Source: Hydrolagus affinis (lineage: Eukaryota). Taken from it: 64,000 nucleotides of DNA. The DNA lies in contig JAAILG010001215.1 of NCBI GenBank assembly GCA_012026655.1, positions 1-64,000 of the forward strand. The letters are read 5' to 3'. This document shows positions 48,390 to 62,461 of this stretch, one piece after another (the stretch's first letter is position 1; each line of letters opens with the position of its first letter). The notes under the pieces were generated by a model. It saw only the letters and a list, made by a program, of their open reading frames with translations. It searched no databases and was not told the origin of the DNA. A program made the translations under genes and the position numbers.

Positions 48390-48840
48390 TCTGCCATGGA
48401 GCAGCACCTAATGGAATCAATGGATTAACACAACTCAAGACATAGCTCAAACTTGAGGTGTAGAACCTCACACGCAGAATGACAAGTTGAGGTTCAGTCA
48501 GGAATGTGCTGGATGTTGAACACTGCAAGGGAGCCGCAAAAGGTGTGTTTACAGATAGTGAAGTTGGGGAGAGAAGTGCCAGAAGCTGGAATGCCAAGCA
48601 GAGGAGCAAATACCAAAGAGACCCCGTTTACCTTCATGGGGAAGAGGTAGGCGGGGTCTCCTTGAAGTTGAGTTGGTTCCAAGGTGACCTGTTTAGCAAT
48701 GGAAGTAGGAATCGAGTCACTCCTCTGTGGTGCTTTTGGTCGTCCTGTTTCTGAATCAAGCAGGGCAGCAGCACTGCCGATGTCAATCCAGCCAGCCTGT
48801 CACAGGACTTGAGGACCATCACAATCCTTTGCACTGGGGC
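48390..48840 (-). mobile_element. Decayed PIF/Harbinger transposase C-terminal fragment
   Basis: QGDPAY (48664-48647), FNIQH, ILRVRF..LSY..V and CCSMADL parallel HARBI1-type GDxxY, YNxxH, LKxRF..LQY and CCxLHN. Confidence 0.45.
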
Positions 48841-49329
48841 AGTATTCTTCTTACTCAGCTTCTGTTAACTCTGCTCTTTGCCACAACCCTAACAGTCAGG
48901 TTGCTCAAGCTAGATAAGGAGTAGGAATGCAGGCTATGTTATTTTAGCATGTTGAACTCCAGCAATACTCCCACACTCTGGGACCCTCAAGCTTTGGCTC
49001 TTACCAACTTGATCTAATACATTAAACTTCTTGATGTGTTTCCAAATGTTTCAGTTACATGGCTGACTGAACCCCCTCCCTGCCAGCAGCTCAAAAAGAG
49101 ACCTAAAATCCCATTGAAGGGTTGAAGGCTATTATTAGTAAATATGAGAAAGGATTTGAGTTTATTTTACCTCATGTTTTTGACTGGAAAATGACAGAGT
49201 TCTGTGCATGCAAATGTGGGGTTCTACAATGCACATGAAGTGATTTGCTCACTGCTCTCTACCTGTTAGTAGCATTTGTAACAGTGAAAACAGGTTAATG
49301 TGATAGTTATTGCTGTTTAAACATTAGAA

Positions 49330-49510
49330 ACGAGAAGATGGTCCAGTGATCAAAAGGGAATTAGGCAAACATTTGAAAGGAACAAGCCTAAAAGGTTATT
49401 GGGAAAGGAAAAGAAGTGGGCGAAAAAGACGGTTCTTTTTAGAGAGCTGACACCAGCACAATGGGCTGAATGGCCTAAAACTGTGCTAAAAAAAAATGGA
49501 TGATTCTGTA
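49330..49510 (+). mobile_element. CR1-type LINE 3' end
   Basis: gagctgacaccagcacaatgggctgaatggcct...ctgtgct...tgattct tail. Confidence 0.65.
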
Positions 49511-50982
49511 TACAGTATGATTCTTTGCTGCCATGTTGAACTAATTAATGAAATTTAAAGCTAATTAATTATAAAGCTATAAATCCAATTGTAAAACCGG
49601 GTAGTTATGCTGCGACTAGTGTCACTTTTTACAATCATTCTCAAGCAGCATCCCAAACACTGATATAATATACGTTGGTTTTATTTTAGGGTCGGCAAAC
49701 TCCGCTGGCTCAAGACTTTTAGTCTAACATAGACTGATAATTAAAGCAATGCTTATTGTGATCAGAATGGAATTGGAAATGTGGTACTCGGAATCACTCG
49801 AAAAATCTGAAATCACAAGTGGAGACAACATTTTTCTTTCAGGCTGTTTATCAACTGTGAAAAGGCCCAAAGAGCCTGGTGAAAAGTCAGAAAACACAAT
49901 GCCAGCCACAAAAGACCCTTTGCTAGACTTTAGGATCATATTCTGGCTAAAGATTTGGCCTTTTAATTTGTTTTGCTAATATTAAAATGAATCACACAAA
50001 TTCATCAACAAGCAGAAAGCTACAATTATTGAGTGACTTCTAGTTTGTGAATATCATATTTTCAATCCCAATTTATTGCCTATTAAAAGCAGGATTTCAA
50101 AAGTTCACAAAAAGAGGTTTCAGATGATAATGCTTTTCAGCCCACTGGATCTCATCCTTCCAGAATACTCATCCTACCTTCCTCCCTCACTTCCCTATAA
50201 AGCAACCCAAATAATTTTTCCTCAAGTGCAAAATAATTATTTTACGCTTCTATTTCTTGTAACCGGAATATTTCAATAGCTTTAGGATCATTTAGATTGG
50301 TTAATCCTTTGTGAGTTTAACAGTTGGATTTTCTTGTGCTTGGGTGGTCAGCAGTTCCATTACTTGCAGTGAAGAGTTACCCCTAGAGCTGTTTTGCATT
50401 GTGGATGGCAAGATGTAATCTGCCAATGATATTCTGATTTTCCATTCATGTAAAAAGGAATACTACTGACGAAAATAGGAAGGAAGGATTCCTGGCACAC
50501 CAACTGACACTGTCTCTTTCATTGTCACAATCTTTTCTGTCTCTATTTTATTGATTTTCTTGTGGCCATTACTTCCTCCAAACTTTCTCTCGTATTCTTT
50601 CCAAGTTTCAAATGGGTCAGTCACACATCCTTTCTCCTTTCTGCAACCCCATGAGGGGTGCCACATTGTTCACCTGTAGAACTATTTCCCACAATTAATC
50701 TCAAGATTATTATTAATAATAATGCTAATAATTTAAAAATAGGAATTGCTAATAATTTTGCAGTTCCTAATCCTCCCCTACCCTTCCCTTCCCTCCCCCC
50801 ACCACCCCTGCTCGGGTAAGACAAAGTGACTGTCCAGCGCCTTGGGATGTCCTCCTGACATTGTTGTTGTTAAATGTGATACAGAATCTTTCACATTGGG
50901 AAGCATCTCAAAGTACTTTGTGGGCTATACTGTAAAGTGAAGTGTTTGTGTAATTTGTAGACAAACGGATACAAAACGCCTT

Positions 50983-51082
50983 NNNNNNNNNNNNNNNNNN
51001 NNNNNNNNNNNNNNNNNNNNNNNNNNNNNNNNNNNNNNNNNNNNNNNNNNNNNNNNNNNNNNNNNNNNNNNNNNNNNNNNNN
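50983..51082. other. Assembly gap (100 N) next to poly-C
   Basis: Run of N. Confidence 1.
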
Positions 51083-54000
51083 CCCCCCCCCCCCCCCACA
51101 TCCGCCCCCCACCTTAAGTATTTCAGTGAAGATCCTTTAGATATAACAGCACTTGATAGAATTTAGTTACCACATTTTTCTTTCAGCTGATTAGCTTAAG
51201 GGCATCACTTTAGGTGTTGTTTTGTCTTGTCCGATTATCTATTATTCCAAGATCCCTGTCCAAAACAGACAAATATCTAGCATTCCTGAGCTACTGGCAT
51301 TTTAACCATGGTAAACACATAAGCCATGGCATCCTCTTGTCAGCAGCATAGCACTGTGACACACAATGATGTTGAAAAATCGATGTAGTGGATATTATGA
51401 AATCTTAAAAAGAAATTAAGACAGAAATAGACACTCAGGAGTGTGTTCAAGGCAGCAATCTGATCTCAAATGTTAATAAATCACCGATCAAACTCCACAT
51501 TTATTGTTTATGACATTCAAGCCATCAAGATTTGATTACAGGCTCATAGCTCACTCCAAAAATATATTATTCTATATATTATAGCCTATGACATAATATC
51601 TGGTCAACAATAACAGTGTGTGGTGGCCTCTGGTTTTGTATCACTGGATGCTAGTCAGTACATACTAGTCACATGAGCACACTGCATTACAACGTGACTG
51701 CATGGTATCAGCAAAAATCCTAGTGACAGCATAAAACGTCTGTCACATGACTTAGATGGAGGAGCCAATTATTACATTTGTTCATCTCTGAGATAGGAAT
51801 TATTTAAAAAGATGAGCACTTTGAACTATAAAGTCATAGGATATATATTTTAAGCCTGCCAAAAATAAATTTTAGAGCTGTACGTCAGTGAATTTGTCCT
51901 TCTGTATTACAACATCTTTTGGATTGAAAGCCCAAAGTATTATAGCAAAGGGCACAGTACAGTATAGAGAAGGGTGATGCTACTCGTTCCAGTGCAATAC
52001 TGGTAAATGTAAGTTTGACTCCCATTCATAGGCACATATTTTAAGTTAGGCATAATGAAGCTTTAGAAATAAAAATGAAAACCATAAAAGACAGAAATCT
52101 GAAAACTAAATCCCCCAAATAGTGGAAATGAACACACCCCAAACATTAGCCTGAAGTTCTCTTTCAGATGCTGATCGATCGGCAATAGATTTCAAATTAA
52201 TTCTGAGCTGTACAACAGTTGTGATTTGGCTTTCATCACTGTTAGGTGTAAATCACAATTTCAACTTCCCTTCATTCCATTTATAAGCAACTTGTTGTAT
52301 TTTCGTGAAATAGTAAAAAAATATTGATTGAATTTTTGTAGGACTGTTATAAGCATTAAAGTTGCATTAACAATACCCAACTCGCATTATTGAAATGATT
52401 GCTATATTGGAAAGTTTTGACAACCTGAAAATATTTATATTGATTCTATAAAAGTCAAAACCTTTTTTTGATTAAATCTGCACTTTTGGGACCCAGTGAA
52501 GGTTCTCTGTTGGTCAGTAAATTTTACCGATTTTGACGATACAAGTTTATAATGATGTGGGCTGCGTTTTTCTGGCATGTTCGGTAAATTTACTGACGGC
52601 TGGAGAATCACTGCCAAGATTTATTAGAGTTTTATTGTAAGGACCACTGTACACTCTATTTTTAACAGCAGTAAAATCACCTTGCAAAATACAATCCTGC
52701 CAATTTTCTATCAATCATGTGTTTCTCATTTCATCATTAGCCAGCTTTAAGGTCAAACACAATTCATTCCCTGATTGTTTATCAAATTGACCCCCAATCA
52801 AAATTAGTCCTTGCCCACTGTCAGGGATATAAGCAGAACATTATTCTTCTCTACATTTTCCTGAGAAATTTCTGGCATTGGACTTAAAAATTCGCTGAAA
52901 ATATTTTTCTGTTGCACTATTGAACCGAATTTCAGCTAGATCAGTGAGCTATGTTAGACAGTATTTCCATATTGGATAACACAAAGATTGCAGTGTATTG
53001 CAAGACAATGGTACATCAAAGGACATGGGGTGATCTCTTAGTGCAATGGTAAAAATATTTTATCAATGTTATCTGAATTCAGTTGTGCTATCCAATTGAA
53101 GCATACTATGCTTGTTTACAATGCATAGAGCATCAGTAAATGTATTATATGGCCTTATATAATAGATGCCCGCAAAGGGACGCTCCCAGAAGTGAATCAT
53201 TTATTTTAAACCATATGTTAACGAAAGGCATACCATTTATATGGTAGATCTAATACTATATTAAAGGTAACTGGTTCACAATTTAACTCTTCTGTAGATA
53301 AAACTTTCTCTCACCAATTTGCACTAAAATAAAATACAGTAACCAATAACTTTCATTTAAGCCAAGTGTCTTCGCCTCCTGCATTTATTCAGCTGGAAGT
53401 AATGCAGCATTGGTTCCAGCAGCAATGTGATTCAGAGCAGGAAGCAGCACTCACAGTGAGGAGAACTCGCAACACACTATGACCCAATCCTCCTTTGTTT
53501 TAATGATATTAAACGTCATGCAACCGTTTCTTTCGTGTCATTAAAACATTGTCCCATTAAGGTTCTTGGGAAGCACTTTACTTTTAAGGGACCATTTCTA
53601 AGCAGAGCCCAAATTGATTCACACTGCCTGCAATTATACTGCAGTGATGCAACTCACTGGACTGCTAAAACCACCTTCTTAAGGTGGTCTCTACAGCTAT
53701 GTTCCAGCATGAGTCACTTTCAGATGGTACTGCTCAACCCCAATTTAAACAGAATTTTTTTCAGTGATTTGTTAGAAATTTTACGCTGAATTGCAGTATA
53801 AAGAACAGTACTGAACCACCATTAATCCTTTGACCTAGGATCTCCGCATTCATTCAACAGAGGGCTGTTTATATGGTCGTAAACCCAGAATGACTGGAAG
53901 TTATTTTTTGTTTAATTGATATCCCGTAATTTTGTCTAAAAATCATGGCAAACTGTTGACGTGAGTTACTATAATAATGAAGATTAACTTGTTAAAAAAA

Positions 54001-54630
54001 ACTGCTTTCACACATTCTGTAAATCAAATCTGCGAAATCAACATATTTCCAGTAACAAGAAAGACTAATTATTTATGAAACTCTGGTTTCTATAAATAAT
54101 CAAAACTGTGCTGAAATCTTGCAGTGTGGCACAACATGGATACTAGAAACAGAGACATTTTAAAACTGCAACAAGAATAATGTGGAATTCTGAAACAAAG
54201 CTGCACAATTGTACATAATCCCATCAGAAACTTTAAAGAACCGCTGGATCTATCATTTTAAAAAATATATAATAAATAAATTGAACGATCAGAAATTCAG
54301 AACAATTAGATTTTATTAGAAAACAGGAAGAAAAATAATTTATTTTGGTCAGCTGTGTATCTGACACATTTGGAAATCCATCACCATGATAAAATATCCA
54401 AACCAGACGTAGGACGTATATCATATGGACATTTCCCTGAGTTTGGAATGGCATGCGGATTCTCTCCTGGAAAAACGCACTTTGCTCTCCTAATTCCGGA
54501 GTAAAAACCTTGGTGAGCCAGACCAATGGGGGGAGGGGATGTCCACTCCAGCAAGCTGGAATTCACCGGTATTTACTGGCTTTTTCAGCACTGAAAGAAA
54601 TGGTGCCAAAATATGTTGTGAACTGCAGAA

Positions 54631-54711
54631 CTACGATTATTTGAATCCCGCAAGCAAAAGATAGTGAATAAGCTATCTTTTGCTCATGGGATTCCAACTG
54701 AGTAATAGTAG
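54631..54711. repeat. Imperfect inverted repeat / hairpin
   Basis: agcaaaagatag-tgaataag-ctatcttttgct core, extended by gaatccc/gggattc and ctacgattat/gtaatagtag. Confidence 0.85.
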
Positions 54712-54929
54712 ATATCTCTGATCATAGAAGTCCAACAAGTTCAGGGAAGCGGAGGGATAGGAAAGAGAGACTGGTGGAATTTTTTTAAAAATAATTTCAG
54801 TTTGGGGCTCATTCCTGTTAGGTATGAAGTCAGGATAGCCAGAATCCAGTAAGACAGGGGGTTACTGTATAAAGCATAGGTTGTCAAGAGACAAGTCTTG
54901 GGGACACCAGAGTGAGTTGCCATTGATAC

Positions 54930-55125
54930 TATTGTCCGTCAAGCTTCCCGCTGCTTGTCCTGGTTAGGACCACCCTACCCATCAGGGCTTCAGCCTGCAG
55001 GGTAACGAGGAAGAATCCCTACCCCCAATGAGGCAGGTTTGCTGATCTCTTGTAAGCAGTGCCCTGAAGTACTGCAGATCTGTCTGGATCGGGAATCAAG
55101 TTCCCAAGAATGACACAGAGAGTTT
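54930..55125. repeat. Unclassified dispersed repeat, copy 3 of 3
   Basis: caagcttcccgctgcttgtcc...ccaccctacc...gggcttcagcctgcagggt; also shares ccctgaagtac and cacagag with copy 1. Confidence 0.7.
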
Positions 55126-56753
55126 ACAGTATTCCAAAATTACAATGCCAAGCAGATTATCTAAAGAACTATGTTAGCATCAGATATACCCGCTAACTTT
55201 ACCCCAAAGGAGGATGAGAAATATTACATAAATATGCTTACTTTTCATTTAGCTTTACAAACCATTGTAAAATGGTGACCGGGGCTTGTTTAAGCTTGCC
55301 TGTACTGGCCTCTGTCTTTCTCCATGAATCTGCCATAGCCGCAGACCCTAAACAGATAATTAATGGCGACTTTTCAGGCGACTTCTATTGTTCTTGCATT
55401 GAGATCCAGTGCAATTTGAATTCTAACAACTGGACTGTTGTACATGTTCTGTCTTGTTACAGGACATAATAAATGAGAATCACACCCAGAGGTACACATG
55501 TGACAGCATTGGTATATGGCACAAAGTACTAATTTGACTCAAAAATAAAATGTACCTTACCAATTGAGAGTATTTATCTAATAATGGGAATAAATGTTGA
55601 TATACTTACACTAACTACAGTATTTTAAATCTTTTGATCATAATTACCTCTGTGTAATTCAACTTTTCAAAAGATTATGGAAGCTGATAAACGACAGCTA
55701 TCTGTACCAGGTACAATGTATATTTAAGAAAATTGTACATTTTGGTAAGGGAATCACTAAATAGTTTACTGTATGACTGACATTTTCTATGTAGTAAATT
55801 GAAAAATAATTCCTGTGCATGTATTATCTCTCAATTATTAACAGTAGTGTGTGGAGAGGGGGATGGTTATGCTCAAAATTAATTTAAAGACAAGTTTAAA
55901 ATTCTACTAGGTTTCTCTTTCTCACATTCGTGAAATAAATCTCACTGCTAAGGTTGAGTTATACTGTTTCAAATAAGCCTTTGTAACATACTTGTGAATG
56001 TCAGAGAATGAAGGGGACTTTGGCAGTCATGCAATTATTGCTGGAATGCATTTGTAACAATGAGAAATGCAATATGTTAGTAAGATCTGCATTTTGGTAT
56101 AAATAGGTAGTCTCAAAGTACTGGAGTACTTGGTTTAATGGTCGCTTCACAGTCACTGATGTAACAGGCCATTTGTTTAATCAGATACTGTACTTTTTCA
56201 GGAATATACCTGATTTCTCGTTTGCAGTTTCAAATCAAACTAACATTATTCTGAGAATGGAAGTATTCAAATTTTCCATCGGAAACAAGGAGTCACTGTA
56301 GCTTTGATGATGCAAATTGACATTTAACTTTAAAAACACCAATCACACATTTGGAAGCTGTGGATACTGTTTTGCACTAGAAGTGATAAGATTACTAGGC
56401 AACATTCCACCCAACAATGTGTGCTGACACCTGGCAGCTCTGTAACATGCATTGTTTTGTATCACATGAGAAAGATCAGGAGGATATAAGTAAAGAGCAT
56501 AGAGAAAGAGAAGGGGAAAAATGAAAGATTAGAAAGCAAATGACAGGAAAATGTGAGCAAAAAATATGGGAAACAAATCAACTTGAAAGAATAAATGTAA
56601 ATATCAAATGCAAGGACTATTAAATGGAAAGGAGATGCAATATTTGAAAGAATGCAATCGAACAGCACAACAGTTTCTATAACCGTTTGTAGCACAATAC
56701 TGCAAGTGAACTCACCTGGGGTGCAGTTTAGCTGTGCCGACTAGTGCATCTGG

Positions 56754-56813
56754 ATTAAGCAGCCACCTGCTTCAAACATTCACATTCGGGTGTCCCTCGG
56801 GTGGCTGCTTAAT
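56754..56813. repeat. 14-bp perfect inverted repeat, probable palindromic MITE remnant
   Basis: attaagcagccacc ... ggtggctgcttaat with a 32-bp spacer, followed by actgta. Confidence 0.75.
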
Positions 56814-58039
56814 ACTGTATAGCATTTCCTGTATAATCGTATTAAAAAGCTTTATGTTTAAATTATGTAAACTTTGTCTGTACTCAGCATTTGTAGACAC
56901 GCTAATAAACTGACAAGAGAATATGTAGGTCACAGATGTACATTCAGTACCAGAAAATTATTGGCGAAGAACGGTATAAAATTACATGAAAAGACGTGAG
57001 GTACAGATATTTTGTCACCCTGCTGTTAAAAGGGTTAAAATGAATGAGCTTTGAAGTGCACAGTCTGTCTGAACTCTTCCATTTAACTCTGTACTGTAGT
57101 TGGGGTCCATTATGAATATGTGTCATATACATCAAGCCTAATGTGAATCCTTTTCATTTGGAAGTGACTACCACCTTAAAATGAATAAACATCCCCGTCA
57201 GGAAAACTGATCTACTCTTGTCTCAGTTGTTAGTCTCTCATGGGAACCAGCCGTGATACAATGAATAGAGCTAACCTATTGTTAAAGCTCTACAAACTCT
57301 GGACAAACCCAGATTTATGCCTGTCAGGCTTGCTGCTCCCTTAGCCATCTTACAACTTGGCGTTGGTCAAAGAATTTTAAAATAGGAGTGTATGTGCAGG
57401 GAGGGGGAGTGGATTTTTGTTACAAACAGGTTTTTTTTCTTCTTCTCTAGCAGATTACAGTTATTACTTTAAGGGTTCAGCAAAGATTCAGCAATCCTGG
57501 GAACAAATGTTGAAAAAAAACTTCAGTGCGTCTCTGAAGCACAAAATGAAAAGAGGTGGATAAATGAAAGAAAGGAAAAGGCGCATGAATCAGTCATAAA
57601 AGGAGGTCTACTCTGAATTAAGGAAAGCTGATTGGAATTAAGATAGGCTTTGTTCATAACTCTGAGGTACAAGGAGACGACTTTTGAGAGGAACAGAAAG
57701 GGGGGATTTGGGAGTGTTTGGGGTACTCAGTGCCTCATAGCCCATGTGAAAATTTGCTGCAAGCTATTAATCATTATTATTGTGCCCCTGCAAAGAAGCT
57801 GTTACAATGATGACTATATGTCATTATATTCCCACTGTAAGCAATGAATCAGGGAGCTGGGAAAGTTAAGCAGGAGTGACTGGCAAACTTTGGAACAGTA
57901 GAATCTATTTAAATAAATTTACATCACATTTTCTATTTTCTGTTGTATGGGAATCATACTTTAAAATGAAACAATATGTTGTGTTCATGGGGCATGGTCT
58001 TTTATTCTCCTGTCTCGGAGTCTTCTTCCCAGGTCAGCC

Positions 58040-58179
58040 NNNNNNNNNNNNNNNNNNNNNNNNNNNNNNNNNNNNNNNNNNNNNNNNNNNNNNNNNNNNN
58101 NNNNNNNNNNNNNNNNNNNNNNNNNNNNNNNNNNNNNNNNNNNNNNNNNNNNNNNNNNNNNNNNNNNNNNNNNNNNNNN
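58040..58179. other. Assembly gap (140 N)
   Basis: Run of N. Confidence 1.
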
Positions 58180-61100
58180 GTTGCTACAAAGTGGGCTCAT
58201 TCTCTGCAGGCCAGCTCAGTTACTGAAGCTGTGCTGGTGGGACACTGCAATGGACTTACAGACGTTCCCATCATGACGAAAACAATTAGCTTCAAACTGC
58301 AAGAAGCCGCTGGGTCGCCCTCCCTTACAATGAGACTGCACCACTTAATATGCTGCAGTGGATTTCAAATTCAAGTTGATTTTTCTTAGTTGTACTCCTC
58401 CTTAAAAAGGACTGATTTTTTTACTGACATTTTCACGAATATTAAGTTTTAGTTAACGCACAAACAAAGAATTGGGGGGAATAAACTGGATCTTGATGAT
58501 TCGCTGTATTCCTAGTCGGGGTTGCGGGTGGAGGAGGTGGTGGGGTAGATGAAAATAAAAGTTGTGACATGTCAGAATTGATCGCATGAGACTTTACAAC
58601 TTACAACACTGCCCAAAGGTTTTTCTTACAGATTTCAGAGAAAATGTCTCTTTTACTAAGTGTCAGAAACAAACTAAATAATAAACAGTCAGAGGCCCAA
58701 CATTGAAGCTGTTGACAAGTAGCTCCGGTTTTATTTGAAAAGTATTGGCTCAGATAAATAAGAATTTGACGGCGCTTAAATGCAACCGTTTAATTTTAAC
58801 ACATCTTCCATTGATGGCAAAGCAAAACCACTACAGATTTTGTAGTTTTTCAGCACTTCCAGGCATTTTATTAAGTCATTGGGTTGATGACAAAGTAAAT
58901 AAATACCATATTCATGCAAATCTGTTGTGAATTTTCTTACAGCCTCTAGCAAAATAGAAAAAATCCTGCATCGCGATAAAGATGTCCTTCAGTCTTGAAT
59001 ACAGTTACACATCACTTAATAATGAAGTGCTAAGGTACCATTTTAGACATAGGAATTGTTTCTATAAATAAAATGCACAATAATGATGCTTTTGCTGCCT
59101 GTGGTTCTAATAGCTCTGAAATTCAATCATATAATTCCTAACTGGAACATATGCAGTTGTTATATTTTCTTCCTTGGCTATTTTTGTTGGAAACAAAGAC
59201 ATATCTAGAAACCGAAGAGGCCTGTTGAAAAGACAATCCTCATGACCCTCTATTTGTAATGTAAAATGCTAGGTATAATTATTTTTATGTTTAGCTAGGA
59301 TACTGAGATATGCATCAACAGTAGAACTCTCCTCAGCAAAAATATTGACACAATGTACAACTAACAAAGTAGCTCTCATGTTATTGATCCTAGCTTTTTC
59401 TCCCGAGGTTTACTTTTTATTGCGGTGTCACTTTTTTTTCTCCTTCTGCTTTGCATATATTTTCAAAAGAATGAGGAACGACAAAAAATGCTTCATTGGG
59501 AAAAATGTGCATGGAACAAAGGAGAAAAAAAAGGAGTTTTGAGGTTCTTGTCCTTCTGGAGATGGAGAGGGACTGTACACAGATTTACACTTTGGAGAAC
59601 CTCTATAAATTGTCTTCAATACAAAGTTCTGCCAAGCTCAGATAGATTAATTAGTGGTGTTTTCTTTGGGACCAACGTAGCTCAAAGGGGCTCCAACAAT
59701 GGAGCTAATCAAAGTCCGTATCCTGACCTAGGCTTACATTTTACCTCTTTTCATTGCAATGTCTTATATCATTTCTGAGCAATTTGACTTCCTTAGGTCC
59801 TTTGGAAAACTGCAAGTGGATAAATTTGCCTTTTTCTTCCCCCTTTCTTACTATACTTTTGTTTTTATGTGTACGGTTGTCTTAGTTATGCTAATTGCGT
59901 TAGTTTACAGGCAGATCTGCAAATGCTGTGAATCTTTACGTATGTGTACAGTTATCTCAATTAAAAAATGTTCTGAGCAATTTTAAATTGCCACTACAAT
60001 TCAGCAGAGGGAGGTTATATTTTTCATAGGCCTTGATTGGATAAATGCTAAACAATTCCAACAGTACAGAGTTCTATGTGGGCCAAACAGTTTGTGTGCA
60101 TATGAAATGTAATGGTATCAATTGACTACTTCTTTGTGGTTACCATAAAGTACCTTTAAACGTGTCAATGGAGTGAAGACCCACAGACAATACAGTTCCT
60201 GACAGCTGAATGTCAGAGATGACCTTGAACCTTAACTGGTTTTGCCATTCCCATGGCTCTGGCGACAGTGAAGACATGCATTGCAGCTCGACTCTCAGTA
60301 TCACTACAAACTTCATTCCTATGTCTCAACCATTCCCTTCCTCACGCCACCCCACCTGTCCCCCCTCCAAATTGTCCAACTTTCAATTTTGTCGCATTAT
60401 TTAGTCTCATCTGTTAAGTGTAAATTATTGCGGAGAGTGAGATATGTTTTAAAAATATTGTCACGCAATAACTGTCTAAGCAGTAACTGAAATAAAGTGC
60501 AGAGGGGGAGAAGGCAGTCTTAAAAAGAACACAGTCAGCCATTGTGATTTATATTAAGCTCCACACAAGTGCATTGGGTGAAAGGTAACCATAGCATTGT
60601 GCAGCAGTAGGTATGTTCTACTCAAGGATTTTTTCTCTCAATGCTTGCTTTCAGATGATGTATGTTTGTATAGCTGCCAACGTTGCAATCAATGTGAAGT
60701 CTTTCATAATGATCAAGCCAAGAATTATTAAGCATACAGAACAGCAATTATCACCTTTCTAATACTATGCTGCATTCCCTCATTTGCATGCATGACATTC
60801 TTTTTAAATAAGCACATTAAAGGGGCGGACTGCTTCTTTGAAAAAAAACAGCAGTATAGTCGTACTCTGTATTCAGCCGTCACTGGAAAATTCTGAAGCC
60901 AAGTCAGATTTTTACAACAGAAGATGTATAGCACACACATTATTGCATTTGCCATATTCTGGAGGTAAAAGGGCTTATTAAAACGATGCAGCAGAAGGTA
61001 GGCAGAATATCTCTGGTACCCTGCAGTGGAGTGTCAAAAGCAGCACCATTGATGGCTGGCTTGCTCTCAAACCACAGCAGAGGGCAGGGCCACATTCTTA

Positions 61101-62461
61101 ACTTTTCTTTGCTTAATTCTATACATATTTTGATGGCGACACATAGAAATGCATATTAGCCAGTTTAGCATATAGAGATCTCAGGTTAACTCAGTGGAAG
61201 CGGACAGATAGAAGGAAAAAGAACGGATAGCATGTTTGTCTTTTCTATTTAGATTGTGGTCGATAAACGCATTATTAAAATAATAACTTCATATGGTAAA
61301 GTTCCATTGCAACCCTGCACTTCATTTAATTATCAGATTGAACCTGTCTTGTATGATTCGACAATGCAACCTTCTCGTTTGCACTGCAGTTGGTGGAATG
61401 TATCTTTTCCTTGACAATTGCACCGATGAATGTTCAAGGAAGCCGATAAAATTTATTAAAACCTTTTTTTAAAAAAAACAGGTGACAGTAAAAGTAATGC
61501 TTGAATCAATAACAAAGAGGCACAAGTTTACAACTGATATCACTTAGTGCTGTGACAAAAGCATCAGGGTGAAGTGTACAAGCTTGTGAAGGGGAATCAA
61601 TGGTTGTATTCTGCCAGTAAAGAATGGGAATGTGGGTTTTAGTACACCAGGGAGTGTATTGCCACAAGGCAATGTCAAATGCTAAAGTGGATCATAGTGT
61701 TTTCAAAGCTAGATAAGCAAGAACTTTTTGTTTATTGTCGTCATTATCTAATTTGTATGCACGCTAATTACATGTAAACAGTTAAAATGTTTAAACTTAT
61801 ATTCTATTATTCCTTGTGATTTCCTAGCCGCAGTGCAAGCAATTAATGTTTGAGTTGGTGTAGTCTGTGGTGAAATCAGAATTCTCGGCCAATCTTGGCC
61901 AAATTTAAACATTATGTACGTATTGAAAATAGTTCACACTATCATCAATATGAACAAAATAATGCGCCAATCAAAATATGTGCTACAAATCCCTATTAAT
62001 TGGAATGTAAAGTTCTAGGATTCCAAGAATTAATGTCCTGTTTATGTGTCTGCAAAAAAATCAAATTATGTGTACACGGAGACTCGAGTAAAACACTGCA
62101 CAGCAATTGTTACCAATGTGCACATGTGCTAAATTTCAAAAAAGAAAACTTTTCCACCAAAATACATACTGTATAAGGATATCCTGATGTTATAACAATA
62201 ACCCTTACCACTGTAAACTCTGGCATTGTGTGCCTTGCTTATGTCTTTCTTTCTCTAACGTATTCTATTTCATGCCGTTATTCCAAAGAAAGTCAAATGA
62301 GGAAACCTATTTATCAAATCTAATTGCAGTATTTTCAGACATTCCTTTCCATTCATTCAAGCCCCATGTTGTTATTACTGAAAGCACTCTGCCATATTGA
62401 CCAACACCCAACAAACAGTCACTACACTTTGCAGTGATTCCTGTGAAGCGCTTTGAGAATT

